Of a DNA stretch of 33,487 nt, positions 8,325-16,626 are shown piece by piece (position 1 is the first letter of the stretch; every line of letters begins with the position of its first letter). Source of the stretch: a virus. A model generated the notes under the pieces. The model had not been told where the DNA came from and did no database searches. It saw only the letters and a program-made list of their open reading frames with translations. Location of the stretch: the UHGV virus genome UHGV-0364569; one strand, given 5' to 3'. The translations under genes and the position numbers were made by a program.

Positions 8325-8562
8325 GATTGGAAAAATATTGCGCCAATGCAGCGCGGAGTTTATAGAGGGCTGAGTCTTGGATGGACCAGATCATCTTGTC
8401 GGACGGTCCCATGTAATGGGCCAATTCTGGGTAGGTGAGGGGGCCATCGTGATGTACCTGGTAATGGCAGCGCACCTCCGGGATGCACCACATGGCTCCC
8501 CAGATGGCCCACTCATCAGCAGTCATGGGGGCGTCCATATCAACAGGATTATCGTCCATCAT
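8314..8562 (-). CDS. hypothetical 82-aa protein (Trp-rich)
   Basis: ATG ORF whose stop lies 8 nt before the DUF3102 start. It is coupled to the upstream small ORF by an ATGA overlap. Confidence 0.5.
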   Translation of the reverse strand: MMDDNPVDMDAPMTADEWAIWGAMWCIPEVRCHYQVHHDGPLTYPELAHYMGPSDKMIWSIQDSALYKLRAALAQYFSNHEN

Positions 8563-8729
8563 CGTATTACATCTATGACCGGGAGGATGGCCGTGCGCGG
8601 GTCCTTGACGCCGTCGCGCACCTGGCGCTCCTCCGCATCCAGATACCAGCCCCCCACCTTGACCATTCCCAAGAATGCCAGGAACATGACCGCTATGGCG
8701 GCAATGATATTGGCGACGGTCCGCAACAT
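8559..8729 (-). CDS. small single-TM membrane protein (~56 aa; MLRTVANIIAAIAVMFLAFLGMV...)
   Basis: Hand-translated and below the track cutoff. The ATG lies 4 nt after the ner stop, and the stop TGA overlaps the ATG of 8314..8562. Confidence 0.35.
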   Translation of the reverse strand: MLRTVANIIAAIAVMFLAFLGMVKVGGWYLDAEERQVRDGVKDPRTAILPVIDVIR

Positions 8730-8731
8730 AG

Positions 8732-8935
8732 TTACTTGCTCCTCCTCATCCTTGTTAATCTGCGATAAGGCAGTGCATCAACTTTGGCTGTTAGTCGCTT
8801 AGAAACACGACGTCCCGTCAGCACCATATAAAGATGTTGTCGGGACACACCTAGAAATAAGGCAGCATCACTGATAGTCCATCCCATTGCCAGTAGACGC
8901 TGTATGGCGGTCGGCTCTTGTGTTGTTGAGATCAT
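8732..8935 (-). CDS. ner: Ner-like DNA-binding regulator (67 aa, HTH)
   Basis: GWTISDAALFLGVSRQHLYMVLTGRR is a Ner/Nlp-type HTH. It is the first gene of the early operon, divergent from the repressor. Confidence 0.8.
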   Translation of the reverse strand: MISTTQEPTAIQRLLAMGWTISDAALFLGVSRQHLYMVLTGRRVSKRLTAKVDALPYRRLTRMRRSK

Positions 8936-8950
8936 TATGTTAGATGTTTG

Positions 8951-9007
8951 TTTTGTAACGCGTGACTGCGTTACTCGTTACAAGAACGAATTAACATCTG
9001 TGTTAAC
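8951..9007. promoter_or_regulatory. divergent operator region between ner and the repressor: GTAACG/CGTTAC repeats (8955-8981) and the palindrome TTAACA-tctg-TGTTAA (8991-9006)
   Basis: The inverted repeat GTAACGcgtgactgCGTTAC plus a direct repeat CGTTACtCGTTAC, then a second palindrome immediately upstream of the repressor ATG. Confidence 0.55.
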
Positions 9008-9011
9008 TTCT

Positions 9012-9362
9012 ATGCAAGAAAAAAGTTTACAGCTAGGGCAATTTTCCAAGCGCCTAAAATATGCAATTAAACAGAAGAGAATAACACAGAGAGAGTTAGC
9101 GCAACGTGTAAATATTTCTCCTGTAACAATATCTCGCTACATGTCATCAGATGTGCAAACACCAGGAGCGTGGGAACTATACAGGATTGCTAATGCTCTG
9201 GACGTGTCGATGGAATGGTTATTAACTGGTGATAATCCTCCTAATGATACTAAGTGGCAACAACGAGCAGCTACTGCCGAAGCAAAATTAGCATCATTTA
9301 AATTAGGACTACGCAATTTAACTGAGACAGTTTCTTCATTAACTCAAATAATTACAGATTAA
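9012..9362 (+). CDS. XRE-family HTH repressor (116 aa; alternative start at 8937)
   Basis: QRELAQRVNISPVTISRYM is an HTH_XRE motif. The gene is divergent from ner-A-B and low-GC. The C-terminus is helical, consistent with dimerisation. Confidence 0.8.
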   Translation: MQEKSLQLGQFSKRLKYAIKQKRITQRELAQRVNISPVTISRYMSSDVQTPGAWELYRIANALDVSMEWLLTGDNPPNDTKWQQRAATAEAKLASFKLGLRNLTETVSSLTQIITD

Positions 9363-9368
9363 ATAGTT

Positions 9369-9701
9369 ATGAATAATATTTTACGAATTTTTGTAATTGT
9401 TGTAGGGACTGTCCTTGTTATCACGACTGGAATAATTGCGTATTATTTGCGTACTCTCTCAACTGATATCCAGTACATCCACGAACTAAATAAGCAGAAA
9501 ATCCACAAAACATATAAGCAAGATTATGAATATCAATGCAAGAGGTTATATTTGTTTGCTGACGGCAAAATAGATTATCTTGATAAGTTTATGCAAGATG
9601 GGTGGCAGGTTTGCTCATTTGTGGGGGTTGTACATGATGCTGACAGGACCAGAGGAGGAGAAGGACATGTCTACGTTGTCCTACGTCGTCCTCGATCTTG
9701 A
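9369..9701 (+). CDS. single-TM membrane protein (110 aa), AT-rich moron co-transcribed with the repressor; superinfection-exclusion/abortive-infection candidate
   Basis: An N-terminal hydrophobic helix (IFVIVVGTVLVITTGIIAYYL) precedes a roughly 75-aa soluble domain. The start is 7 nt after the repressor stop. Codon usage is atypically AT-rich for this element. Confidence 0.6.
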   Translation: MNNILRIFVIVVGTVLVITTGIIAYYLRTLSTDIQYIHELNKQKIHKTYKQDYEYQCKRLYLFADGKIDYLDKFMQDGWQVCSFVGVVHDADRTRGGEGHVYVVLRRPRS

Positions 9702-9771
9702 TTGACGTATGACACAGCGCAACATCCTGATCATAAATTTTATACATCTAACAAGCGTAACGAATTCATAA

Positions 9772-9779
9772 TAAATTTG
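9772..9779 (+). promoter_or_regulatory. TAAATTTG box (matches the Bacteroidota sigma-A -7 consensus TAnnTTTG) about 47 nt upstream of the methyltransferase ATG
   Basis: An exact TAnnTTTG match. Related TAAATTTT boxes occur at 9734-9741 and 32551-32558 (upstream of the glycosyltransferase). Confidence 0.35.
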
Positions 9780-9825
9780 TTGCGGCGTTAGAGAGAGGCG
9801 CTTGCGTGAGCTATGCTCGCGTCCG

Positions 9826-10510
9826 ATGACCAACACACATACCATGTTACACGGGGATTGCATGTCCCTGATGATGACGATGCCGGAGGCATCCTATGAT
9901 GCCGTGATCACCGATCCTCCCTACGCCAGCGGCGGCCTCTCATCCGCCGCCAGAGCACAAGACCCGCGCGTCAAGTACCAGTTGTCCGGCACCCGTAAAT
10001 ATTACCCGACGTTTGCCAATGACAACCGCGACCAGCGTACCCACCTGATGTGGTCCGTGCGGTGGATGGAGCAGGCCCTGCGCCTGACGCGCCCCGGCGG
10101 CTGGCTGATGGTATTTGCCGATTGCTGGATGGACCTGGAGAGGTATCATCCCGTGGGACAAGACGGAGAGTTGCCGTCCCCAAATGGGCCTTTACCGCAA
10201 CCAGGCGGAGTACGTGCTGACCGCCACGCATGGAGGATACGACAAGTCCATCAAGCTATGCCCTCCAGGAGTGGTGCGCGAGCCAATCCGCCCCAAGGAC
10301 AAGCTCCACCTGACGGGCAAGCCGATACCCCTAATGGAGCACCTTATGACCATCCTGCCTGCCAAGTCCCGCATCCTGGACCCGTTTGCGGGATCGGGCA
10401 CCACGTTGGTGGCCGCCCGCAACAAGGGCCACACAGCCGTGGGGATTGAGCTATCCCCGGACTACCACCGCATCGCCTCGGACCGGCTCGGCTTGGTACT
10501 GCCTGCTTGA
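9826..10510 (+). pseudogene. beta-class N6-adenine/N4-cytosine DNA methyltransferase, disrupted by a +1 frameshift near 10127-10144
   Basis: The N-terminal half (frame of 9802; GDC...DAVITDPPY...LRPGGWLMVFAD) and the C-terminal half (frame of 10115; IIPWDK...AEYVLTATHGG...DPFAGSGTTLVAA) are both methyltransferase-like but lie in different frames. No slippery homopolymer occurs at the junction. Confidence 0.7.
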
Positions 10511-10521
10511 CCTTCCCGCAC

Positions 10522-10555
10522 GCCCCCTGCAGCATCCCTGCAGGGGGCTTTTTTT
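10522..10555 (+). terminator. rho-independent terminator (GCCCCCTGCAG catcc CTGCAGGGGGC plus T7)
   Basis: A perfect 11-bp GC-rich stem and 5-nt loop, followed by 7 T residues, 12 nt after the methyltransferase stop. Confidence 0.85.
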
Positions 10556-10598
10556 GGCCGTCATTAGAGATGGCCAAAAATTGTGGTAAGGTTGAGGC

Positions 10599-10853
10599 AT
10601 GGACGACAAGACGATCAGGGAGTGGGCCTCCGGGCCGTGCTGCACGGTTGCGGAGGCAAGCAAGATACTTAACCGGTCCCCACAAACTGTAAGGCGCATG
10701 ATACGGCGTGGACTCCTGATTGGCTGGCCGCCCAACCCCGCCAGCAGCCATCTCCTGCTGTACAGGCGTCAAGTAGAGGCGATGGCGGTCTCTGAGCAGA
10801 GGCGCGCTGTTAAATACGCCTGTACGATGCAGCGGACTTTTGATTTTTTCTGA
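10599..10853 (+). CDS. HTH DNA-binding protein (84 aa, excisionase/MerR-like HTH_17); candidate late-gene activator (C/Mor position)
   Basis: CTVAEASKILNRSPQTVRRMIRRGLL is an HTH motif. It lies immediately upstream of the lysis and late genes, as Mu C does. Confidence 0.55.
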   Translation: MDDKTIREWASGPCCTVAEASKILNRSPQTVRRMIRRGLLIGWPPNPASSHLLLYRRQVEAMAVSEQRRAVKYACTMQRTFDFF

Positions 10854-10918
10854 CGCTCAAATGCAACAAACGCGCCAAACGCAACAGAGGGTTGCCGGGA
10901 ATGGGCTAAGGTGCCCCC

Positions 10919-11584
10919 ATGAGCAACACTCCCTCTCCTGTTGATAATACTACTGGTGCGCATGATACAATCCCGGCTCCGGGTGGAGCCGGGAACACCG
11001 CCGCCAACAAGACGCCGTTTTACCTGTCCAAATACTTTTGGACTAACTTGGCAGCCCTCCTGGCTCTGATCATCCCCGACGTGCGGGCCTGGCTGGATAG
11101 CAATCCCATCGAATTCTTTAGCGCCCTTGGCGCGGTCAACATCCTGCTGCAGTTTATAAGCGGCGGCAAATACCAGCTTGCCGGAGAGGATGGCCAGAGT
11201 GGCCAGTCCGCCAATCCGGCCGGCGTCCTCCCTCTCCCCGTCGCTTCCATGGGGGAGGACGTCGCTCCCCCTGTGGAGGACCGGAGCCAGTATCCTGATC
11301 AGGATACGTCGTCCATGCCCAATGGCTCCGGGTCCTCCTCACCTTTGTCCGGGACGACCCGCCTGATGATCGTCCTGGGCGCGTTGATGATCCTGCTTGG
11401 CAACTCCTGCAGCAAGGATGCCGACCCGGTAGCCACCAGCGTGGCTCTTACCGACGGGCAGGTGGTGGTCATCCGTGGTGGCTCATCCCTGGTGGTGGAC
11501 CGTGACTCCCACAGCGTTGCCTGGTCCCAATCAACTCCGGACGTTGTCGTAGTACCGCCAGTCGTCCAGGCCACGTCCAAGTAA
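10919..11584 (+). CDS. holin-like membrane protein (221 aa) with a long C-terminal extension containing a lipobox-like hydrophobic segment
   Basis: Two N-terminal TM helices, a G/S/P/D-rich linker, then RLMIVLGALMILLGNSC-SKD. It sits directly upstream of the endolysin. Confidence 0.45.
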   Translation: MSNTPSPVDNTTGAHDTIPAPGGAGNTAANKTPFYLSKYFWTNLAALLALIIPDVRAWLDSNPIEFFSALGAVNILLQFISGGKYQLAGEDGQSGQSANPAGVLPLPVASMGEDVAPPVEDRSQYPDQDTSSMPNGSGSSSPLSGTTRLMIVLGALMILLGNSCSKDADPVATSVALTDGQVVVIRGGSSLVVDRDSHSVAWSQSTPDVVVVPPVVQATSK

Positions 11585-11623
11585 CCTCCACTCTCAACTC
11601 TTAACCCTCCACTCTCCACAGCA

Positions 11624-12226
11624 ATGACCTACGCAGAGTTACAATCCAACACACTGGCGTGGCAGCGCGCCCTCAAATTTGCCGGATTTTACCGGGGCCA
11701 GCTTGACGGCATCACCGGTCCGCTGACCCGTGAGGCGGCGGCCCAGTGGCGCGAGAGCCATCAACAGCTCCAGACCCGCTACGGCCGGCTGGACAAGCGC
11801 ACGGAGGACAACCTGCTTACCCTCCAGCCTCTGGCCGCGCTCAAGGTGCGCCAGATGATGACGGCCCTGCGCGGTCTTGCCGACTGGCGGCTCATCTGCG
11901 GACTCCGCACCTACGACGAGCAAGACAAGCTCTACGCCAAGCGCCCCAAGGTGACCAACGCCAGGGGAGGGCAGTCCATGCACAATTTTGGCATTGCGGC
12001 CGACGTCTGCCTGTTTAGGGACGGCCGTGATATCTGGGCACCCAGCGAGGGACCGGACTCCATCTATAAGCCCGTGGCGGCCCTGGCCCATAAGCTGGGT
12101 CTGGTGTGGGGTGGAGACTGGCGCTCGCCCTACGATCCCGGCCATGTCCAGCTGGGCTCCCTCCCCACGGCCACCCTCCACCGCGCTTACACCACCGGGG
12201 CCAGCACGCTGGCCCAACTGCTCTGA
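11624..12226 (+). CDS. endolysin: N-terminal peptidoglycan-binding domain plus M15 (VanY/L-Ala-D-Glu) zinc peptidase
   Basis: LQRALKFAGFYRGQLDGITGPLTREA is a PG_binding_1-like segment. GGQSMHNFGIAADV...WGGDW...DPGHVQL are M15 peptidase motifs. Confidence 0.85.
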   Translation: MTYAELQSNTLAWQRALKFAGFYRGQLDGITGPLTREAAAQWRESHQQLQTRYGRLDKRTEDNLLTLQPLAALKVRQMMTALRGLADWRLICGLRTYDEQDKLYAKRPKVTNARGGQSMHNFGIAADVCLFRDGRDIWAPSEGPDSIYKPVAALAHKLGLVWGGDWRSPYDPGHVQLGSLPTATLHRAYTTGASTLAQLL

Positions 12227-12228
12227 TC

Positions 12229-12552
12229 ATGATCCTTGCACTAATAGCAGACGCCGCTGCAGGCATCTCGCCGGAGGCAGTGGGCACCATCCTCGGCGTT
12301 GCTCTCGGCTCGTCCGGGACATGGTGGATGGTCAAGGGCCGCAAGGCTCCCCAGCAATCCGACGATCCCCAGCGCTTCTTGATGGAGGACAAGTACGCCA
12401 CCCGTGAGGAGGTGGCGGAACTCAAGGCCCTCCAAGCCAAGACCACCGACGACATGCACAAGAGGCTCAACGGCATCACCGTCAAGCTTAATGAGATGTC
12501 CGGCACCCTCACCCTGATGATCGACATCCTCAAGACCCGTAAATCCTTATGA
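12229..12552 (+). CDS. type-II membrane protein with a coiled-coil ectodomain (107 aa); i-spanin/lysis-accessory candidate
   Basis: ATG 2 nt after the endolysin stop. An N-terminal TM segment is followed by a helical domain. Confidence 0.4.
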   Translation: MILALIADAAAGISPEAVGTILGVALGSSGTWWMVKGRKAPQQSDDPQRFLMEDKYATREEVAELKALQAKTTDDMHKRLNGITVKLNEMSGTLTLMIDILKTRKSL

Positions 12553-12806
12553 CCACTCGCGCCAACATCAAGATCACCGTCCTGCAGGTCCTCGACCGGC
12601 TGCCCGCTGCCTATACCCAGCGCGTGTCTGCCCTCCGGGCCGAGGTATCCCTGGACATGTCTCCGAGTCCAGGTACTGCCGATATCGACCTAGCTATCCA
12701 GGAGCTGGAGGCCCTGCGCCTGATCACGTCCACCACCTGCATGATCACTGGCGAGCGCAAGTACGCCATCACCGACGCCGGCCGCGTCCAGCTTACCCAG
12801 ATATGA
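12549..12806 (+). CDS. small winged-helix-like protein (85 aa)
   Basis: ATGA overlap with the upstream gene. It has a predicted HTH-plus-wing layout (GERKYAITDAGR). Confidence 0.45.
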   Translation: MTTRANIKITVLQVLDRLPAAYTQRVSALRAEVSLDMSPSPGTADIDLAIQELEALRLITSTTCMITGERKYAITDAGRVQLTQI

Positions 12807-12845
12807 GGTAACAGTGAACAGGTAATAGTTAACAGTATTAACGCT

Positions 12846-13343
12846 ATGCTCCGCAAGCCCAGACCAGACAGTGTGATCGGCTCCCAGTTGCCCCCCATCA
12901 TCAAGGACGACGTAGACACCATGCTGCTCTCCGGCGAGTCCTACCGCAAGGTGCAGCAGCGCCTGGAGGAGGACGGCATCAAGCTGAGCCAGGAGGCCAT
13001 CCGGCGCTACTACCACTCCCAAATCCTGCCGGCGCGTCTGGCCCGGCAGAACAAGACGGCCGAGGAGCTCAACAAGATATCCGTGGAGGGGGTGGACGAG
13101 GCCACCATGCGGGCCATCCGCTCCGCCGCCCTGGACCTGGCCGCCTCCCCGTCCTGCGACCCTAAGGCCCTTAACATCCTGGTGGGACTCATCCTCAAGG
13201 CCGAGCAGCTGGCCCAAGACAAGCGCCGCCTCAAGATACTGGAGGCCAAGGCTGCCCAGGCCGACGCCGCCAAACAGGTCACCCAGTCCACCCTCACTCC
13301 AGAGGAGCGCGACCGCAAGCTGCGCAATATCTTTGGATGCTAA
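12846..13343 (+). CDS. terminase small subunit, Mu gp27-like (DUF3486; N-terminal HTH)
   Basis: LSGESYRKVQQRLEEDGIKLSQEAIRRY is an HTH motif. It lies directly upstream of TerL. Confidence 0.6.
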   Translation: MLRKPRPDSVIGSQLPPIIKDDVDTMLLSGESYRKVQQRLEEDGIKLSQEAIRRYYHSQILPARLARQNKTAEELNKISVEGVDEATMRAIRSAALDLAASPSCDPKALNILVGLILKAEQLAQDKRRLKILEAKAAQADAAKQVTQSTLTPEERDRKLRNIFGC

Positions 13344-13418
13344 CGCATCCGGTTAATAGGTAACAGTTAATAGTTAACACCAAATCAACTCTCATCTCTC
13401 CACTCTCAACCCTCCATC

Positions 13419-14870
13419 ATGTCCTCCTCCCTGATCACAACGCCACTGGATCTGCTGCTGCCTTACCAGGCGCAGTGGGTGGCGGACGAGAGCCGGTTTA
13501 AGGCCGGCATCTGGTCCCGTCAGTCCGGTAAGGATTTTAGCACGGCCGCCGAGGCGGTGAGGGATGCGATGATCAGGCCCAAGACCACCTGGATGATCGC
13601 AGCCCCCTCCGAGCGCCAGGCGATGGAGTCGCTGTCCAAGTGCAAGGAGTGGGCGGAGGCATTTAGCGTCGCACTGGCTGCCGAGGAGATTGAGCGCCAG
13701 GACGGCCCCAACACCCTGCTCAAGTCCGGCTCCATCACGTTTGACAACGGCAGCCGCATCCTGGCTGTCCCCGGCCGGCCGGATACCGTGCGAGGCTTTA
13801 GCGCCAACCTGGTGCTGACGGAATTCGCATTTTTCGAGGACCCCGATGCGACGTGGCGTGCAGTGCTCCCATCCATCACCAATCCCCTCCGGGGCGGTGA
13901 GAAAAAGGTCCGCCTCATTACTACCCCCAACGGCAAGACGGGTCGTGGCGCCAGGACGTACAAGATCATCAACGACAACCTGCTTAACCCCAGGGAGGGC
14001 CGCAAGCAGCACTGGTCCTGCCATGTGGTGACCATCGCCAAGGCAGTGGAGGATGGCCTCCCGATCGACATCGACGAGCTCCGCGAATCCTTGGACGACC
14101 CCATTGGTTGGGCTCAAGAGTACATGTGCGAATTCCTGGACAGCAGCAACGTGCTGCTGCCCTACGACCTGATCGCCACGGCTGAGTCGGCAAGTGCCAC
14201 GGTGTCCTGCGACCCGGCCATCTACCTGGGCAACAAGCTGGACCTGCGCCTGGGCATCGACTTTGGACGCACCAACGACCCGACGGTCTGCTGGACATTG
14301 GAGCGGGTGGGGGACGTGCTCGTCACCCGCGAGGTACTGGTGCTGCGCAACATGTCCGTGCCCGACCAGATGGAGGTACTGCGCCACCGCATCAAGGCGG
14401 CCAGACGCGTCTGCTACGACTACACGGGTGTGGGCATCGGCATGGGCGATGTCCTGGTCAAGGAGTTTAAGCGCTGGCATCCGGAGGGCCATGAGTATGG
14501 CAGGATCGAGCTCTGCACGTTTACGCCTGCGTTTAAGCGCCTCATCTTCCCGCGCCTCCGCCAGGCCTTTGAGGCTCCGACCCGCGTCCGCATCCCCATC
14601 GACGTGGAGGTGCGCGAGGACCTGCACGCCATGCAGCAGATATTTAGAGGTACGGACTACAGCTACGAGGCCCCGCACACCAGGGAGGGACACTCCGACC
14701 GGTGCACGGCCCTGGCTCTGGCCCTGCGCGCCGCCGACGGCCACGTGCAGCACCATCTCCCGGCCCCAGGCACCGGCCGCATCATCACGGGAGCGGGCCT
14801 GTTTGGCGGCCGCTCCCACGGCTCGCTCTTTGGCGGCCGTCCCATCCTACATCAACTCCTGGCAGCATAG
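13419..14870 (+). CDS. terminase large subunit (Mu gp28-like)
   Basis: A 483-aa product with ATPase and nuclease halves, sitting between TerS and the portal. Confidence 0.85.
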   Translation: MSSSLITTPLDLLLPYQAQWVADESRFKAGIWSRQSGKDFSTAAEAVRDAMIRPKTTWMIAAPSERQAMESLSKCKEWAEAFSVALAAEEIERQDGPNTLLKSGSITFDNGSRILAVPGRPDTVRGFSANLVLTEFAFFEDPDATWRAVLPSITNPLRGGEKKVRLITTPNGKTGRGARTYKIINDNLLNPREGRKQHWSCHVVTIAKAVEDGLPIDIDELRESLDDPIGWAQEYMCEFLDSSNVLLPYDLIATAESASATVSCDPAIYLGNKLDLRLGIDFGRTNDPTVCWTLERVGDVLVTREVLVLRNMSVPDQMEVLRHRIKAARRVCYDYTGVGIGMGDVLVKEFKRWHPEGHEYGRIELCTFTPAFKRLIFPRLRQAFEAPTRVRIPIDVEVREDLHAMQQIFRGTDYSYEAPHTREGHSDRCTALALALRAADGHVQHHLPAPGTGRIITGAGLFGGRSHGSLFGGRPILHQLLAA

Positions 14871-14871
14871 T

Positions 14872-16626
14872 ATGATCAGACGACTCTACAACTACATCCT
14901 CCACCGCAGGCCCCATGCAGAGGGCGTGCAGCGGGCGCTTACCGCGCCGGACAAGGCATCCCAGGACAGCAAGCCGGCCATGTTTGCCGCACTCGCCCTG
15001 GCCGAGCTGGACAAGGTACGCCGCCGCCAGATTGAGCGCGTGTGCCCGCTGGACTACCTGAGCGTGGATACCATACGGCGCTGCCTGCAGGACTGCCAGC
15101 TGGGCGCCTATGCCGAGCAGCAGTGGATCTGGGAACAGATGGAGCGCTACGACGCCATGCTGATGACCTGTATTACCAAGCGGGACGACGCTCTGAGCAA
15201 GTACGACTGGTCTATCACGGTCAAGCCGGACCTGGACGACCGCGACAGCCTGCTGGCCGAGAGCCAGCAGCGCACCATTACCGACCTGTGCAACGCCATC
15301 GTTAACATGGACGAGGCCATCACCTCCCTGTCCCAGGCGTCCCGCCGGCACTACAAATTCTTGCAGCCCTACGCCGACAGCGATGGCCTGCATCTGTTGC
15401 CCATTGACAACTGGCTGATGTGCCGGGACGGCTACCGGGGTCCCTGGGGGTACAATCCCAACGCCCAGTTTGGCCGCTACCGGGGAGAGGCCTTGCCGGT
15501 CCCGCTGGACGACCTCATCCTGCGCCTGCATCCCCGGCCCATCGACATGCCCGCCCAGATGCTGGTGCTTAACCGTAGCACGACGCTGGCCCAATGGGAC
15601 GTGTTCTTGGAGAGGCTGGGTACGCCGCCGGCATTTTTTGTGCTTCCTCCTGACTGCTCCGAGGAGCTGCGTCAGGAGTACATCAAGATGTCGGCCATGT
15701 GCTACTCGGCGGCCACCGGCGTCATCGACCACGACTCCGATATCAAGTCCATCCCGATATCCCAGACGAGCGTCGACTTGTTTGACCGCCGTTACAAGGT
15801 GGCCACCGAGGAGATCGCCATGCTGACCACGGCCGGCAAGCTCACGGTCATGACCGAGTCGGGCTCCGGTACCTTGGCCGGGGGAGCACAGGCCGACGGA
15901 TTTGCCGACTGGGCCGGCGGCGAGGCATCCTCCATCGCCTCTGTACTGACAGTCCAGCTGGTCAACCGGGTGCTGGATGAGTACCACCCCGGCCAGCCGC
16001 ACCTGGTGAATTTTACGCTCTCCTGCGTGGACAAGACCACGCCGGACAAGGAGATTGCCAACGCCGCCGCCCTGCGTGCCGCCGGCTACGACATCGACGA
16101 CGCCGAGGTCAGCGAGCGCACCGGCTGGCAGGTGACCGCCGGGGTCTCCTCCTCCCAGCTCTACGCCATCAAGGCCGCCGGCTACGTGCCCCAGCAGCAG
16201 GCCATGGAGGGTGTCGTCAAGATGCCCCTGCAGCCCGCCCCCCAGGAGACGCCCTACACGCTTAACTCCCGCCGCCGAGACGCCCTCACTACCCTGGCTC
16301 TGCACCGCAGCACCACACTCTGGGAGCCAGCCCGCCTCCGTCTGGAGGAGGTGGTCGCCCACCGCCTGCAAGACATCGACAAACGCCTGGAGCGGGTCAC
16401 GCTGGAGATGCTGCCCCTCTCCCCGGCGGAGCAGGCCCAGCTGGCCCTGATGCTGCAGGTCCCCGGAGAGGAGGAGATCGTCTCCACCGCACTCCAGATT
16501 GCCCGACGCCTCCAGGAGGCCCGCAACGAGGGGAGACGCCGCGCGGCGGCCATTGACCCGTCTCTCACATTATCCACCCCTGCACGACCCCTGCACGGCG
16601 CAAATTCAGCCCAATCCAACGCATGA
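14872..16626 (+). CDS. portal protein (Mu gp29-like, DUF935), 584 aa
   Basis: First ATG after the TerL stop. The upstream part of the 810-aa track ORF overlaps TerL in another frame and is artefactual. Confidence 0.8.
   Translation: MIRRLYNYILHRRPHAEGVQRALTAPDKASQDSKPAMFAALALAELDKVRRRQIERVCPLDYLSVDTIRRCLQDCQLGAYAEQQWIWEQMERYDAMLMTCITKRDDALSKYDWSITVKPDLDDRDSLLAESQQRTITDLCNAIVNMDEAITSLSQASRRHYKFLQPYADSDGLHLLPIDNWLMCRDGYRGPWGYNPNAQFGRYRGEALPVPLDDLILRLHPRPIDMPAQMLVLNRSTTLAQWDVFLERLGTPPAFFVLPPDCSEELRQEYIKMSAMCYSAATGVIDHDSDIKSIPISQTSVDLFDRRYKVATEEIAMLTTAGKLTVMTESGSGTLAGGAQADGFADWAGGEASSIASVLTVQLVNRVLDEYHPGQPHLVNFTLSCVDKTTPDKEIANAAALRAAGYDIDDAEVSERTGWQVTAGVSSSQLYAIKAAGYVPQQQAMEGVVKMPLQPAPQETPYTLNSRRRDALTTLALHRSTTLWEPARLRLEEVVAHRLQDIDKRLERVTLEMLPLSPAEQAQLALMLQVPGEEEIVSTALQIARRLQEARNEGRRRAAAIDPSLTLSTPARPLHGANSAQSNA

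Noticed and set aside
10127-10144. Programmed ribosomal frameshift in the methyltransferase
   Set aside because: No slippery heptamer or homopolymer at the frame junction, so an indel or sequencing error is more parsimonious.
14194-16626. 810-aa ORF spanning the 3' half of TerL and the portal
   Set aside because: The N-terminal 226 codons are an open alternate frame over TerL (P/R/A/S-rich). The portal begins at the first ATG after the TerL stop (14872).
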